Of a DNA stretch of 64,000 nucleotides, positions 48,819 through 59,090 are shown piece after piece; positions within the stretch are counted from its first letter, which is position 1; every line of letters starts with the position of its first letter. The stretch comes from a virus. The DNA lies in the IMG/VR virus record IMGVR_UViG_3300042882_000327, positions 25,960 to 89,959 of that record; one strand, given 5' to 3'. The position numbers and the translations under genes are program-made. The notes under the pieces were generated by a model, which saw only the letters and a list, made by a program, of their open reading frames with translations, made no database searches and was not told the DNA's origin.

Positions 48819-49223
48819 TTATTCGGATTGGGAATAGTTGAATTTGTAATATTCTTCCATATTATGCGCTACTAAGTCCCATCCACCTTCTTTATAATAT
48901 TTATCCCACATATTTTTGTATATTTCTTCAAACTCTTCTTCTTTTACGTTAAGCCAAGAATGTTTTAGTATTAAGTACCAAATATATTCGGCTCTATCTT
49001 TAAATTCGTAGATTTTTTTGTGATATATATCATATTCTTTTTCGTTCAAAAAATCTATATGAGCGTTTGGGCAAGGTGTATCTTTTAATATTGATAGATC
49101 TTTTGTTAAGATTTCTTCGCTTCTATCGTAATAATTTATAGTAATTTTGTATTCCGGTATGACTTCTTCTATTGGCGGATTGTTTTCTAATACAAATTTA
49201 TAGATATCTTCAATTTTTATCAT
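48819..49223 (-). CDS. hypothetical protein
   Basis: ORF between the two adhesin cassettes; ATG overlaps upstream stop. Confidence 0.5.
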   Translation of the reverse strand: MIKIEDIYKFVLENNPPIEEVIPEYKITINYYDRSEEILTKDLSILKDTPCPNAHIDFLNEKEYDIYHKKIYEFKDRAEYIWYLILKHSWLNVKEEEFEEIYKNMWDKYYKEGGWDLVAHNMEEYYKFNYSQSE

Positions 49224-49585
49224 AATTCTACTATATTCCAAGAGAGAGTTTCTTCGTTCCAGTCATATATATTTCCGTCTTGGGGATATTGAACTGGGGC
49301 TTCCCAATCACATTCTTCATTTAAAATCCAACTAGGATAAAGTTGTGGTTCTATAAAGCAATCTTTTTCCGAATCGTATTTGAACCCTATCCCAGCGCCA
49401 CGTTTTCTGAATGCCCCATTGTAACTGGTTTGCTTCCATGTGGTGTTATTACCGTATAAAAATTTACAAAATTCTATTCCTATTGGTTCAGACTCCGGAA
49501 AGGGTAGATCTCTTATAACATTATTATTAACAACTATCACAGTTTCAACAATATTATTCTCGTCTAATTTTGCAAAATGTGCCAT
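49220..49585 (-). CDS. conserved fibre-associated hypothetical protein
   Basis: MAHFAKLDENNIV, WKQTSYN, AGIG, PQLYPSW. Confidence 0.65.
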   Translation of the reverse strand: MAHFAKLDENNIVETVIVVNNNVIRDLPFPESEPIGIEFCKFLYGNNTTWKQTSYNGAFRKRGAGIGFKYDSEKDCFIEPQLYPSWILNEECDWEAPVQYPQDGNIYDWNEETLSWNIVEL

Positions 49586-49591
49586 ACTTAC

Positions 49592-50569
49592 TCACCAAGT
49601 AATAGTTCCAGATCCAGTAAAAGTATATATTTTATATCCCCCAGAATTTAAATATGTAGGAGATCCTGTTGTAGATACAGCATCTTTAAGTGTATTAGAG
49701 TATCTTATGCCAACTATTCCAGAACCACCCGTTCCACTATTAAGAGATGATCCTGCTGCAGTAGCACCGCCGCCTCCTCCAGTATTTACTGTCCCTGCTG
49801 TTGCTGATTGTGGAGAAGTTCCGTTTGTCCCCACTCCCCCGGCACCGCCGCCGCCAGATCCACCGGCTCCTATGTCAATAGTTGAACAACCGCCGCCGCC
49901 GCCACCAAAGGTTCCACCAAAAGTAGATTTTCCGGCACCCCCATTTCCAACTGGATTTCTGGTAGTAGAATTTCCTCCGGCAGCACCTGCTCCTCCTCCT
50001 CCTCCTCCGGCTCCTACCAACGCACCCCCAAGTAAACCATTCCCACCAGCGAATCCTTGTCCAGAAGTTCCTGCTGCACCAGCGGTATAACTGGTTGTTG
50101 ATCCACCAGCACCTCCGGAACCTCCTGTTGAAGCGGTAGCGGAATTTCTCGCGCCTTTTCCTCCTCCAGTAGCAGTTATCGAAGAAAAAACAGAACTAGA
50201 TCCAGCGGCATCCACGCTTGCTCCACCAGCGCCTACTGTTACTGTATACGCTACTCCAGTAGAAACTGCTACAGAACCTGTCAAAACACCTCCCCCACCA
50301 CCAGCGCCAGGATGTCCTTGGGAAGTTGTTCCCCCAGAAGAACCACCACCAGCAACAACGTAATACTCTACGGAAGAAGGGGGGAGGATATACGATTTTC
50401 CATAAAAATTACTTAGAGAAATTGCTCCAGACGCAACACCAGCAAGAGTTCTAACGACAGTTTCATTTAAATTCGTCGTTGCTCCTGCTGCTCTTGTTAT
50501 TTCTAAATTGATGGATCTATTAGCCGTAGATCCGCCAATTGACATTTCTCCAGATGCCGCTAGTGTCAT
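49592..50569 (-). CDS. putative glycine-rich tail-fibre adhesin 1 (gp38-like)
   Basis: Anchor N-terminus ISLSNFYGK; poly-Gly runs; GGSGIVGIRY. Confidence 0.65.
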   Translation of the reverse strand: MTLAASGEMSIGGSTANRSINLEITRAAGATTNLNETVVRTLAGVASGAISLSNFYGKSYILPPSSVEYYVVAGGGSSGGTTSQGHPGAGGGGGVLTGSVAVSTGVAYTVTVGAGGASVDAAGSSSVFSSITATGGGKGARNSATASTGGSGGAGGSTTSYTAGAAGTSGQGFAGGNGLLGGALVGAGGGGGGAGAAGGNSTTRNPVGNGGAGKSTFGGTFGGGGGGCSTIDIGAGGSGGGGAGGVGTNGTSPQSATAGTVNTGGGGGATAAGSSLNSGTGGSGIVGIRYSNTLKDAVSTTGSPTYLNSGGYKIYTFTGSGTITW

Positions 50570-50572
50570 ATA

Positions 50573-50926
50573 TTATGGTGTTGGGTCTGTAAATTTATCT
50601 GCCAAATCTCTCTTTTCAGCTAAATGAAAATACAAAGAATGTATTAAAACGTACAAATCTTGATATGTTGCAGTATTTCCCGTTGGTAATTCTGTCTCTG
50701 GATTAATTAATTCAAAAGTTGTATTGGCATTATCGGAAATAAAAGTTTCCGTTACAGGATTAAATGTAGTGTATAATGACTTAACTATTTTCCCGTCGGA
50801 AAAATTAAATAATTCTTCTTCCTGATAATAGATTCTAGGAGGTTGTCCGTAGTCGTTTGTACAAATAATTTTATTGGATCTGATCCAACTTTCACCAGTA
50901 ACAGACGTTTCGTTATATTTTGGCAT
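50573..50926 (-). CDS. fibre-associated hypothetical protein
   Basis: Paralog of 48287-48772. Confidence 0.6.
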   Translation of the reverse strand: MPKYNETSVTGESWIRSNKIICTNDYGQPPRIYYQEEELFNFSDGKIVKSLYTTFNPVTETFISDNANTTFELINPETELPTGNTATYQDLYVLIHSLYFHLAEKRDLADKFTDPTP

Positions 50927-50930
50927 AATT

Positions 50931-51113
50931 TTACTTTACAACTTTATCGGATAAAGGACCATCTGGTTTTTGTTCCATTTGATCGTTAACTTGTTTATGA
51001 ATATTATTAAACATTTGTAAAGAAGATTCTAAAGGAAGTTTACCAAGTCCAGCAAGAACAAGGTTGATTTCATTAATGTTTAATTGTAAAGTTAATAATT
51101 TTTCTTCATTCAT
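50931..51113 (-). CDS. small hypothetical protein
   Basis: SD GGAG and late promoter at 51138-51145. Confidence 0.6.
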   Translation of the reverse strand: MNEEKLLTLQLNINEINLVLAGLGKLPLESSLQMFNNIHKQVNDQMEQKPDGPLSDKVVK

Positions 51114-51140
51114 TTCGTTTTCTCCATGTTAAATATTTAT

Positions 51141-51497
51141 TTATACCGAAACATTTTCCGTATTTGCCCAAGGTAAAGAAGGTTCTGTTACTGGGTTTAT
51201 TTTCAAATCTATTTGCTCTTGGATTTTTTCGTTTACGTGTCTTTCGTAATCGCCAACAACAATAGATTTAATCCAATCAAGAACATTTTCTTCTGTAAGT
51301 TGGTCGAATGGAACAAACGGTCCAGAATTATCGGTTGGGTCTGGAGTAAACGGGGTTGCTCCAGAAAACTTTCCTTCGTTTCCGTTTTCGTCTGTGCCAA
51401 TCTTTTCCCAGTATGTTTGTACTACTGCGTTTTCTTTATTTTCAGAAACATTTTGTACCTTTAATCCGGTAACTTTCCAAGTATATGTAATTGTCAT
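51141..51497 (-). CDS. fibre-associated hypothetical protein
   Basis: TYTWKV...FVPFDQLTEENVLDW...LPW, type commonly following fibre genes. Confidence 0.65.
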   Translation of the reverse strand: MTITYTWKVTGLKVQNVSENKENAVVQTYWEKIGTDENGNEGKFSGATPFTPDPTDNSGPFVPFDQLTEENVLDWIKSIVVGDYERHVNEKIQEQIDLKINPVTEPSLPWANTENVSV

Positions 51498-51499
51498 TT

Positions 51500-54400
51500 T
51501 TACTCCAAATTTAATAATAATTTTAATTTATTTATTGTTTCTTGTTGTTTATCAATTTGATTTTGTTGTTCTTTTATTCCTTGTATTAATAAGGGAACGA
51601 TTCGATCATATTGAACTGTTTTATAATCTTCACCAGATTTAGATTTTCCTAGTCTTGATAATTCTTCTTCTGAATATTCTTTTTCTGGTTCCGGCGTCCA
51701 ACGATCAAATGGTGCTAAAGTAATTACTTGTGGTAAAACTTCTTCGATTTCTTGTGCAATTACGCCAATATCGTTATATTTGTTTTCTGGAGTAAATCCA
51801 ACTTCCTCTGCTAAATCGTTCCAATCAAAGGTAACACCTCTTATTTTTTTAATCTTTTCTATAGCATTTGGAATTTCTTTGATGTTTTCTTTTAATCTTT
51901 TATCCGAAGCATATGCAGTAACGTTATATATTGCTGAAATATTTCCGCCCCATGTTACATCATTATTAGTTAAATTTAGAGTCATGGGCCATGAACCGCT
52001 ACCTACCGTAGTCCAAGTTGTTGTATCATTTCCTCCTCTCAAAATATACAAAAGGTTGCTGTTATTATGAAGCATTGCACAATTGGCATCAGTATCTCTG
52101 AAATATATAGTAGGAGAAGCGCCTCTTATAAAAAGAGCATTGGGAGTAAAATAATTGTTTGTGTCGCCTCTTAAATAGAATACATTAGCTCTACAATCAT
52201 TTAAATGTGATACAGAATTTGGATCTACAAAATATGCAGTATCATTAGTATCATAAAATCCGGTAAAATATGAAAAATTTCCGTTTCCATAAAACATATT
52301 GTCGCAATTTATACGACTACATTGAGAAGTTCCGTTTGGATCTACATAATATGCAGTATTATTATAATCATAGAATAACGGAGATCTCATATCGGTAACG
52401 CATCTAATACTCCCAGTAACAGACGCTCTAAAACCCCCATTAACCAAAACTAATAATCCGTGATCATTTAAGTTTCCTGCAACTCCTCCAGCGTTTGGGT
52501 GCGACCAAGCCAACCCGTATAGGTTGCCGGTATTTGTTCCGTCATCCGGCAAGTACCAACTTTCTCCCATAGACCAAACGCCTTGGTATCTTGTTGAATC
52601 GTATACACCAAAAACACTATGCCCATAATTTCTAGTTAATTTTATTCTGCTTGCTATTATATGATTTGTGCTTGATGTGCTTGCTGCATTTATATAATAT
52701 CCGGTATCATTATAATCGTAGAATATTGGCGCTCTTACATCAACGCTGTTTGTTGCAGAAGACCCTGCTGGCATTGCATAAGAAGTGTAGTTACCATCAT
52801 CAATTTGCGTTCGCCAAGGAGAGTAAGTAGGTATAGCCGTCTGGATACCTCTTGAGTACATCCGGCCAGTGGAGTACTCGATAACAAGCTGTGCTGCTGT
52901 ATCCCCTCGTTCGTACATCTGGATGAAGTTACTATACGCACTGACAGGGGGACCGTTAGTAGGTGCATCATTTACACTGTAAATGCCAGAGGCAAGCGTT
53001 CGCTGGGCGTTAAAATCTATATTGCCAATAGCCCCACCACGGACTAAGGCGTTTGTAATACCATACCCGGATACTGTGGTTGGTTTACTGGTAATGCCAG
53101 ACCACGCGACAGAACCCGCACTTCCCGTAGTATTCTGATTCAGAGTTGGTACATCTGCTGCTTGAATTGCAGAAGAAACGAAATTAGTACCATTACCTCG
53201 GAGATATTGACCAGACGTTGCTGCATTGTTGATACGAAATCCTGTTACAACACTAAGTATACCAGTTGCAAGGAGACTCATGGTGTTAGTTGTGCCGTGA
53301 TACCACTTGAATCCACCATTTGTATTATCTACGGTACTAAACCACAAATTATTATTTTCGATACCTAATGCAAAATCTACTGATGATGCTCCTACGTTGG
53401 GATATAAAACGATTTTCGTACCTGCACTTCTAGTAGTAAATGCTGGAGCACCAACTCCGTTGGTATTAAAATCAATTCTATTGCCCGTTGCACCATTTAT
53501 ATAAATTTGACCACTGCCCGTAGCAGCATTCCATGCAAGGGTAGATGTTAGTTGTCCAGTTAATGTCCCACCCGCTAATGCAAGTGCTCCTATGCTATTA
53601 TGCGAAATAGTCACGGCAGTAGAACCGTTAAAGGTTGTTCCAGAAGCTGCACCAGATCCGCCGTTGTTAAACGTTACTGCATTTCCAACCGATCCAGAGC
53701 TTCCTCCGATAGACAAACTTGATGCTGTTCCGGTTAATCCGGTTCCTGCTCCAAAAAATGTTGTGGCATAAACATTGCCAGAAACTCCAGCGCCACCAGT
53801 TACAATTAATGTTCCTGTTGTAGTATTAGTAGAAGCGGTATTTGCAGTTAGTGCTAATGTATTTGCTTTGGCGGTTCCGTTAACGTCTAGTTTGTAAGAT
53901 GGGGAGCTAACTCCAATCCCCAAATTCCCAGCCAATGTCAGCGTCATTGCTAGTGTAGGAGAAATCACCGCACCAGCAGTACCAGATACTACGGTAAAAA
54001 ATTGGTGACTCCCAAAGTTTTGTGTATATGCAGACGCCGTTCCTGTCGTTCTATAGATAAATTGACCACTATCGTTTAAATACGCATTAGAGGCTACTCG
54101 AACAAGAGAACCGGAAATACTTGCGTCTATAGAACCATTTCCGATTTCGACCGCTTTATATGATGAATTCCAAGCACTCGGAGTGGTCCCAATTCCCACA
54201 TTACCCGATGAGTTGATCCGAAGACGTTCTACAGAATCTGTTGCGAAAATCAAATCGCCTATCGAAGCAACTCCCATTTCTCCAATACTATTAACGTCTG
54301 GTCCGATGTATCCGTAAATATTGCTGCCTGAACTAAAAGTTAGATACCCTAACCCGGCAGTTTCGCAATCAAAAGTGCCATAATTTTTAGTCGAAGATGC

Positions 54401-57151
54401 ATAAACCTGTAATGCCCCTCCAGAAAGAGGACCGCTGAGTGGGACCATTCCAATCCCAAGACTCCCAGTTCCAGCGTCAAAAGCAAGTGCGTTGTTAGCA
54501 AATCCAGCAAGATTTCCATTAGTATCAGAAATCAACTGTGGATAGTATATTCCAGAAGTAGTATTGTTTATTACTTCGTATGTTGCAACATTGGCAGTTA
54601 AATTTGACGCAGTTCCAGTTAATCCGGTTCCTGCTCCAAAGAATGTCGTGGCATATAAATTACCATCGTAATTTAATCTATTAGTATTTGTTGGTGCAGT
54701 CGAACCACCATCAAACTGACCAGCAGTTTTCGTAGTTCCATTATATTCAATAAACGATGGAGTTGTGGAACCAGCGGTAACACCTCTATCGCCCGGAATT
54801 GTACCAGAAGATAAATTTGTGGCATTTCCTCTGTAGGTATTTGCTGTGTTTGCAGCAGCCCATGCATTATTTGCTGTTATATAAGCATTATTAGCAGTAC
54901 TTGATGCAAATGTATATGAAGCATTAGCTCCAGCCCAAGCAGAGTTCGCAGTACTATATGCCGCATTAGCTTTTTGATGAGACGCATTAGCACCTGCCCA
55001 AGCATTATTAGCTGTTATATAAGCATTATTAGCAGTACTTGATGCAAATGTATATGAAGCATTAGCTCCAGCCCATGCAGAGTTTGCAGTATTGTATGCA
55101 TTATTAGCAGTACTTGATGCAAATGTATATGAAGCATTAGCTCCAGCCCAAGCAGAGTTCGCAGTACTATATGCCGCATTAGCTTTTTGATGAGACGCAT
55201 TAGCTCCTGCCCAAGCAGAGTTCGCAGTATTATAAGCATTATTAGCAGTACTTGATGCAAATGTATACGAAGCGTTAGCTTGTGAATATGCAGTATTTGC
55301 TCGATCAAAGGCGGTGTTGCTCAATCCAGAATAATAACTCCCATGATTATTATCTAGATAATCTACATTTAAATTTGAAACTAGTGTTGTCGATGATACT
55401 ACAAATGGTGCAATTCCATTAATAGCCGAAGTTATGAACGTGTTACCATAAATGGTGTTGGCTTGGAAACTTGCTATTCTGAATGTATTATTACTTGTAT
55501 CAATATATACTGATTCGTCCGGTTCTGGTGCATAATTGTCGAATACTTTCCATATACCATCGGTAGCGTCTCTGAAAAATCCAGTATGATGATATATTCC
55601 ATCATTATAACCAGCAGTAATACCAATATCCGGATTAGCTGTATTTGCTCCTCTATTAAGATAAATCATATTATCTGTAATAGATAAGTTATTCGCCTGT
55701 ATCGAAAATACATTACCAGAGACAGACAAAGTTCCATCTATTTGTACATTTCCGGTAACAGATAAACTACCTGATATTATTCCTCCGGAAGAATTTAATT
55801 TGGAATTTGCAGTTGCCCAAGCATTATTTGCTGTATTATATGCGTTATTTGCAGTACTTGATGCGAAGGTATACGAATTATTGGCTCCAGCCCATGCATT
55901 ATTAGCTGTTATATAAGCATTATTAGCAGTTGACGATGCGAATGTATACGAAGCATTAGCAGTTGCCCATGCAGAGTTTGCAGTACTATATGCTGCATTA
56001 GCTTTTTGATGAGACGCATTTGCCGCAAACCAAGCATTATTAGCTGTTATATAGGCATTGTTCGCTGTGCTTGATGCGAATGTATACGAAGCATTAGCAC
56101 CAGCCCATGCATTATTTGCTGTATTATATGCATTATTTGCTGTATTATATGCGTTATTTGCTGTAGATGATGCAAAGGTATACGAAGCATTGGCTCCAGC
56201 CCATGCAGAGTTCGCAGTACTATATGCCGCATTAGCTTTTTGATGAGACACATTAGCACCTGCCCAAGCATTATTTGCTGTTATATAAGCATTATTTGCT
56301 GTAGATGATGCAAAGGTATACGAAGCATTGGCTCCAGCCCATGCATTATTAGCAGTTGCATATGCAGCATTTGCTTTTTGGTGTGCTGGAGCAATTTGCG
56401 GTGCAACATTATTAGCAGCATCATAAGCAGCTTGTGCAATGGAAATTCCAACATTAGCATCAGCCCATGCGGAGTTTGCAGTATTATATGCATCATTAGC
56501 TATAGATGATGTATAGCTATATATTAAATTAGCATAATTTTTTGCGATAGCTAATGTTATAACATCGTTGGCCTGTAGCCAATTATTTGCAGAATCTGTA
56601 TAAAATTTTGCCGATGCTAGTGTTGAACTGTCGTTAGCATATGCCGCTATTAATGTATTATAGTCATTAGCTTTTGCCGATGCTAATGTTATAGAATCAT
56701 TAGAATTTGCATAATCTTTAGCAGCAATTAATGTTATACCATCGTTTGCTTGGAGCCATGTATTGGCGGTATTCGAAGCATTCCATGCATTGTTTGCAGT
56801 TATGTATGCATTATTAGCTGTAGAAGATGCGAAAATATATGAATCGTTAGCTTGTGAATATGCTGTATTAGCTCGGTCATATGCACTATTGGCTAATTTA
56901 CTAGTTTCGGTATAAACCGAATTTGCCTTATTGTATGCAGAATTTGCCTGATTCCATGCATTATTAGCTGTATTATATGCATTGTTAGCTGTAGAAGATG
57001 CATAAATATACGCGGTATTAGCTCTATCATAAATGACATCCGATACGTTTTTGTTTACTGCATCCGAACCATTTATTGGATTTGCTACATTAGTTATGGT
57101 CTGATTATTATTATCCAAACCATGTTTGGCGATAAATCTTTTTGTAGACAC
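51500..57151 (-). CDS. long tail fibre with C-terminal intramolecular chaperone (peptidase S74)
   Basis: Ala/Asn coiled-coil repeats, beta-rich modules, YASDKRLKENI...RGVTFDW...GVIAQE...LIQGIKE. Confidence 0.88.
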   Translation of the reverse strand: MSTKRFIAKHGLDNNNQTITNVANPINGSDAVNKNVSDVIYDRANTAYIYASSTANNAYNTANNAWNQANSAYNKANSVYTETSKLANSAYDRANTAYSQANDSYIFASSTANNAYITANNAWNASNTANTWLQANDGITLIAAKDYANSNDSITLASAKANDYNTLIAAYANDSSTLASAKFYTDSANNWLQANDVITLAIAKNYANLIYSYTSSIANDAYNTANSAWADANVGISIAQAAYDAANNVAPQIAPAHQKANAAYATANNAWAGANASYTFASSTANNAYITANNAWAGANVSHQKANAAYSTANSAWAGANASYTFASSTANNAYNTANNAYNTANNAWAGANASYTFASSTANNAYITANNAWFAANASHQKANAAYSTANSAWATANASYTFASSTANNAYITANNAWAGANNSYTFASSTANNAYNTANNAWATANSKLNSSGGIISGSLSVTGNVQIDGTLSVSGNVFSIQANNLSITDNMIYLNRGANTANPDIGITAGYNDGIYHHTGFFRDATDGIWKVFDNYAPEPDESVYIDTSNNTFRIASFQANTIYGNTFITSAINGIAPFVVSSTTLVSNLNVDYLDNNHGSYYSGLSNTAFDRANTAYSQANASYTFASSTANNAYNTANSAWAGANASHQKANAAYSTANSAWAGANASYTFASSTANNAYNTANSAWAGANASYTFASSTANNAYITANNAWAGANASHQKANAAYSTANSAWAGANASYTFASSTANNAYITANNAWAAANTANTYRGNATNLSSGTIPGDRGVTAGSTTPSFIEYNGTTKTAGQFDGGSTAPTNTNRLNYDGNLYATTFFGAGTGLTGTASNLTANVATYEVINNTTSGIYYPQLISDTNGNLAGFANNALAFDAGTGSLGIGMVPLSGPLSGGALQVYASSTKNYGTFDCETAGLGYLTFSSGSNIYGYIGPDVNSIGEMGVASIGDLIFATDSVERLRINSSGNVGIGTTPSAWNSSYKAVEIGNGSIDASISGSLVRVASNAYLNDSGQFIYRTTGTASAYTQNFGSHQFFTVVSGTAGAVISPTLAMTLTLAGNLGIGVSSPSYKLDVNGTAKANTLALTANTASTNTTTGTLIVTGGAGVSGNVYATTFFGAGTGLTGTASSLSIGGSSGSVGNAVTFNNGGSGAASGTTFNGSTAVTISHNSIGALALAGGTLTGQLTSTLAWNAATGSGQIYINGATGNRIDFNTNGVGAPAFTTRSAGTKIVLYPNVGASSVDFALGIENNNLWFSTVDNTNGGFKWYHGTTNTMSLLATGILSVVTGFRINNAATSGQYLRGNGTNFVSSAIQAADVPTLNQNTTGSAGSVAWSGITSKPTTVSGYGITNALVRGGAIGNIDFNAQRTLASGIYSVNDAPTNGPPVSAYSNFIQMYERGDTAAQLVIEYSTGRMYSRGIQTAIPTYSPWRTQIDDGNYTSYAMPAGSSATNSVDVRAPIFYDYNDTGYYINAASTSSTNHIIASRIKLTRNYGHSVFGVYDSTRYQGVWSMGESWYLPDDGTNTGNLYGLAWSHPNAGGVAGNLNDHGLLVLVNGGFRASVTGSIRCVTDMRSPLFYDYNNTAYYVDPNGTSQCSRINCDNMFYGNGNFSYFTGFYDTNDTAYFVDPNSVSHLNDCRANVFYLRGDTNNYFTPNALFIRGASPTIYFRDTDANCAMLHNNSNLLYILRGGNDTTTWTTVGSGSWPMTLNLTNNDVTWGGNISAIYNVTAYASDKRLKENIKEIPNAIEKIKKIRGVTFDWNDLAEEVGFTPENKYNDIGVIAQEIEEVLPQVITLAPFDRWTPEPEKEYSEEELSRLGKSKSGEDYKTVQYDRIVPLLIQGIKEQQNQIDKQQETINKLKLLLNLE
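54856..56480 (-). repeat. two blocks of imperfect coding tandem repeats in the fibre
   Basis: 25-aa ANASYTFASSTANNAYxTANxAWAG and 21-aa ANASHQKANAAYSTANSAWAG units at ~54856-55300 and ~55810-56480. Confidence 0.85.
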
Positions 57152-57234
57152 GATTCCCTATCCTCGTGAAATTAGTATATAACTATTTATGAAATAATTA
57201 TATTGGGGAATTTATAAATTATTTGGTTACAATA

Positions 57235-58068
57235 TTATCTAGCAATCTCGGTAATTCTCATCCAAACTGAAGTAGAAGTCCAATCGTACTCCCAATAATC
57301 ATCGGCAGATTCTCTACGAGCCGAAATTGCTATTGTCTTGGCATTGGTATCGCTGTTTGTATATCTACCAGTTAATGGAAATAATGTTCCTGTGCGAAAT
57401 CCATTTACAGTATTATGAAAATTATATACTATTTCAGTGCCGTTTCCTTCTCCATTCCCGTTTCTACTATAAGAACTAGTAGCATTTACTTTTATTTGTG
57501 AATAGAAACTGTCGTTGCCAGTACCTCCGGTACAAAGATATTTACTTAAATGGAACTGTACGACAAGATAACTTGAACTGCTTATTGGAGTGTAGCTGTA
57601 AGTAACAAAATCTCTATTATAACTATCTGTGCAAAACCTGTTAAGACCGCCTTGTTGTATCTGAGTTAAATCTCCATTTCCCAAAACAACCTCCTTAATA
57701 ACTTGTCCTGCAGAGTATGCGCCAGGAATAATTGTACCAGTAGTGATTAAATTACCATCATTTGATAACGAAGTGATAACGTTGGTATAATCACTATTGA
57801 TAATCTCTATAATGCCTGTGCTGTTTAGGCGAAATGTTTTGTTTGGATTGGTAGCACCACTGGTTGTATTAGTAACTTTTAAGAAATCTGCGTAACCTGT
57901 ACCGCCAAAAGTATCTTTGGCGATAACATTTATTGCAGATCCCGTTGGTGATGTTGGAGTATAAGATACATTAAGTTGTCCCGATACTGAAACATTCGAT
58001 GAAAAATTTGCACCACCAGAAGCAGTTAAAAGTGATGCTGAATTTGCAAGTGTTCTAGACTTAGACAT
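57235..58068 (-). CDS. putative fibre/virion structural protein
   Basis: Thr/Ser-rich, C-terminal ...MRITEIA. Confidence 0.55.
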   Translation of the reverse strand: MSKSRTLANSASLLTASGGANFSSNVSVSGQLNVSYTPTSPTGSAINVIAKDTFGGTGYADFLKVTNTTSGATNPNKTFRLNSTGIIEIINSDYTNVITSLSNDGNLITTGTIIPGAYSAGQVIKEVVLGNGDLTQIQQGGLNRFCTDSYNRDFVTYSYTPISSSSYLVVQFHLSKYLCTGGTGNDSFYSQIKVNATSSYSRNGNGEGNGTEIVYNFHNTVNGFRTGTLFPLTGRYTNSDTNAKTIAISARRESADDYWEYDWTSTSVWMRITEIAR

Positions 58069-58072
58069 TTAG

Positions 58073-59077
58073 TTATACCACTATTGAAGTTTTTAATAAT
58101 TTGACAGTGTTTATATTATTAATAGGACTCATTAATAGTCTAACAGAACCGGAATTTACGTCAGTATCATAGTTCATCAATAGGCCATTAGTTGTAATTA
58201 AGCCGTATTCAGTTAAATATGAAGTAGTGCCATTATGTATTACCAATATTTCACTAACTTGATAATCTGTTGAACTTGTAACTTGTATTTGATACTTTAC
58301 TGATCTATATAAATCTGTAGAAAATAAATCTAAAACTTGATTTGCAGAATTTGTGCTTGTTGTTATATTATTAGAATCTAAAGACCCGTAAAATAAATTA
58401 TATGTGTTGGATAATCCAACGTCATTATACCACTTTTCAACAACTACCTGATCATTTAACCATGCCGGGACAGATAATATTATTGAGGTTCCATTAGTTG
58501 CTGTATAATCCGAAGAACTTAATAATACTCCATTTACAAATACTTTAATTTTTCCAATGCTATAACCATTTGTAATAGAGAATATTGTTTGATTATTAGA
58601 AGATGTAAATTCTTGGTATGTTAAATTGGTTGTTGTCGGTCCAGATCCGGAACTATTAAATGCTAAATTTGCTAAATTATATGCAGTATATACAGCATTT
58701 GCTGTTGCGGCTAGTGTCGATGATGGGGAGTCGATATTATCATATAATTGAACAGTTCCTCGTTGCGAAGTAGATGATTCTCTAACACCAATAGTTATTT
58801 TGTTATAAAATACATCAGTTGATATTGTTATAGAGTTACTACTATCGATAGTTAATATATCATTATTTGATGCTGCAATTAATAAACTTGAATTTACATT
58901 TAGAGTTGAAAATGTATTTCCGGAAGTCCCTGTTTTGATTTGTCGTATAACATCACTAGAATCTTTATAAAAAAGAATTCCGTCTGCGGTGTTTATAGCC
59001 AATTCTCCTGGCAATAGAGAAGATGGAATATTTCCCGATATTATAGATTTCTTTAATTGAATTGATGTGTTTGCCAC
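58073..59077 (-). CDS. virion structural protein
   Basis: N-terminal IQLKKS...LLPGELAINTADG; KVFVNGVLL...DYTATNG. Confidence 0.6.
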   Translation of the reverse strand: MANTSIQLKKSIISGNIPSSLLPGELAINTADGILFYKDSSDVIRQIKTGTSGNTFSTLNVNSSLLIAASNNDILTIDSSNSITISTDVFYNKITIGVRESSTSQRGTVQLYDNIDSPSSTLAATANAVYTAYNLANLAFNSSGSGPTTTNLTYQEFTSSNNQTIFSITNGYSIGKIKVFVNGVLLSSSDYTATNGTSIILSVPAWLNDQVVVEKWYNDVGLSNTYNLFYGSLDSNNITTSTNSANQVLDLFSTDLYRSVKYQIQVTSSTDYQVSEILVIHNGTTSYLTEYGLITTNGLLMNYDTDVNSGSVRLLMSPINNINTVKLLKTSIVV

Positions 59078-59090
59078 TAGATGTCTCTAA

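Noticed and set aside
49440-50090. 216-aa Pro-rich plus-strand ORF
   Set aside because: Antisense shadow of the Gly-rich adhesin (GGN codons read as Pro); same applies to the other plus-strand ORFs overlapping conserved genes
47269-50569. Diversity-generating retroelement or invertible shufflon at the adhesins
   Set aside because: No reverse transcriptase, recombinase, adenine-variant repeat pair or inverted cassettes seen in this window
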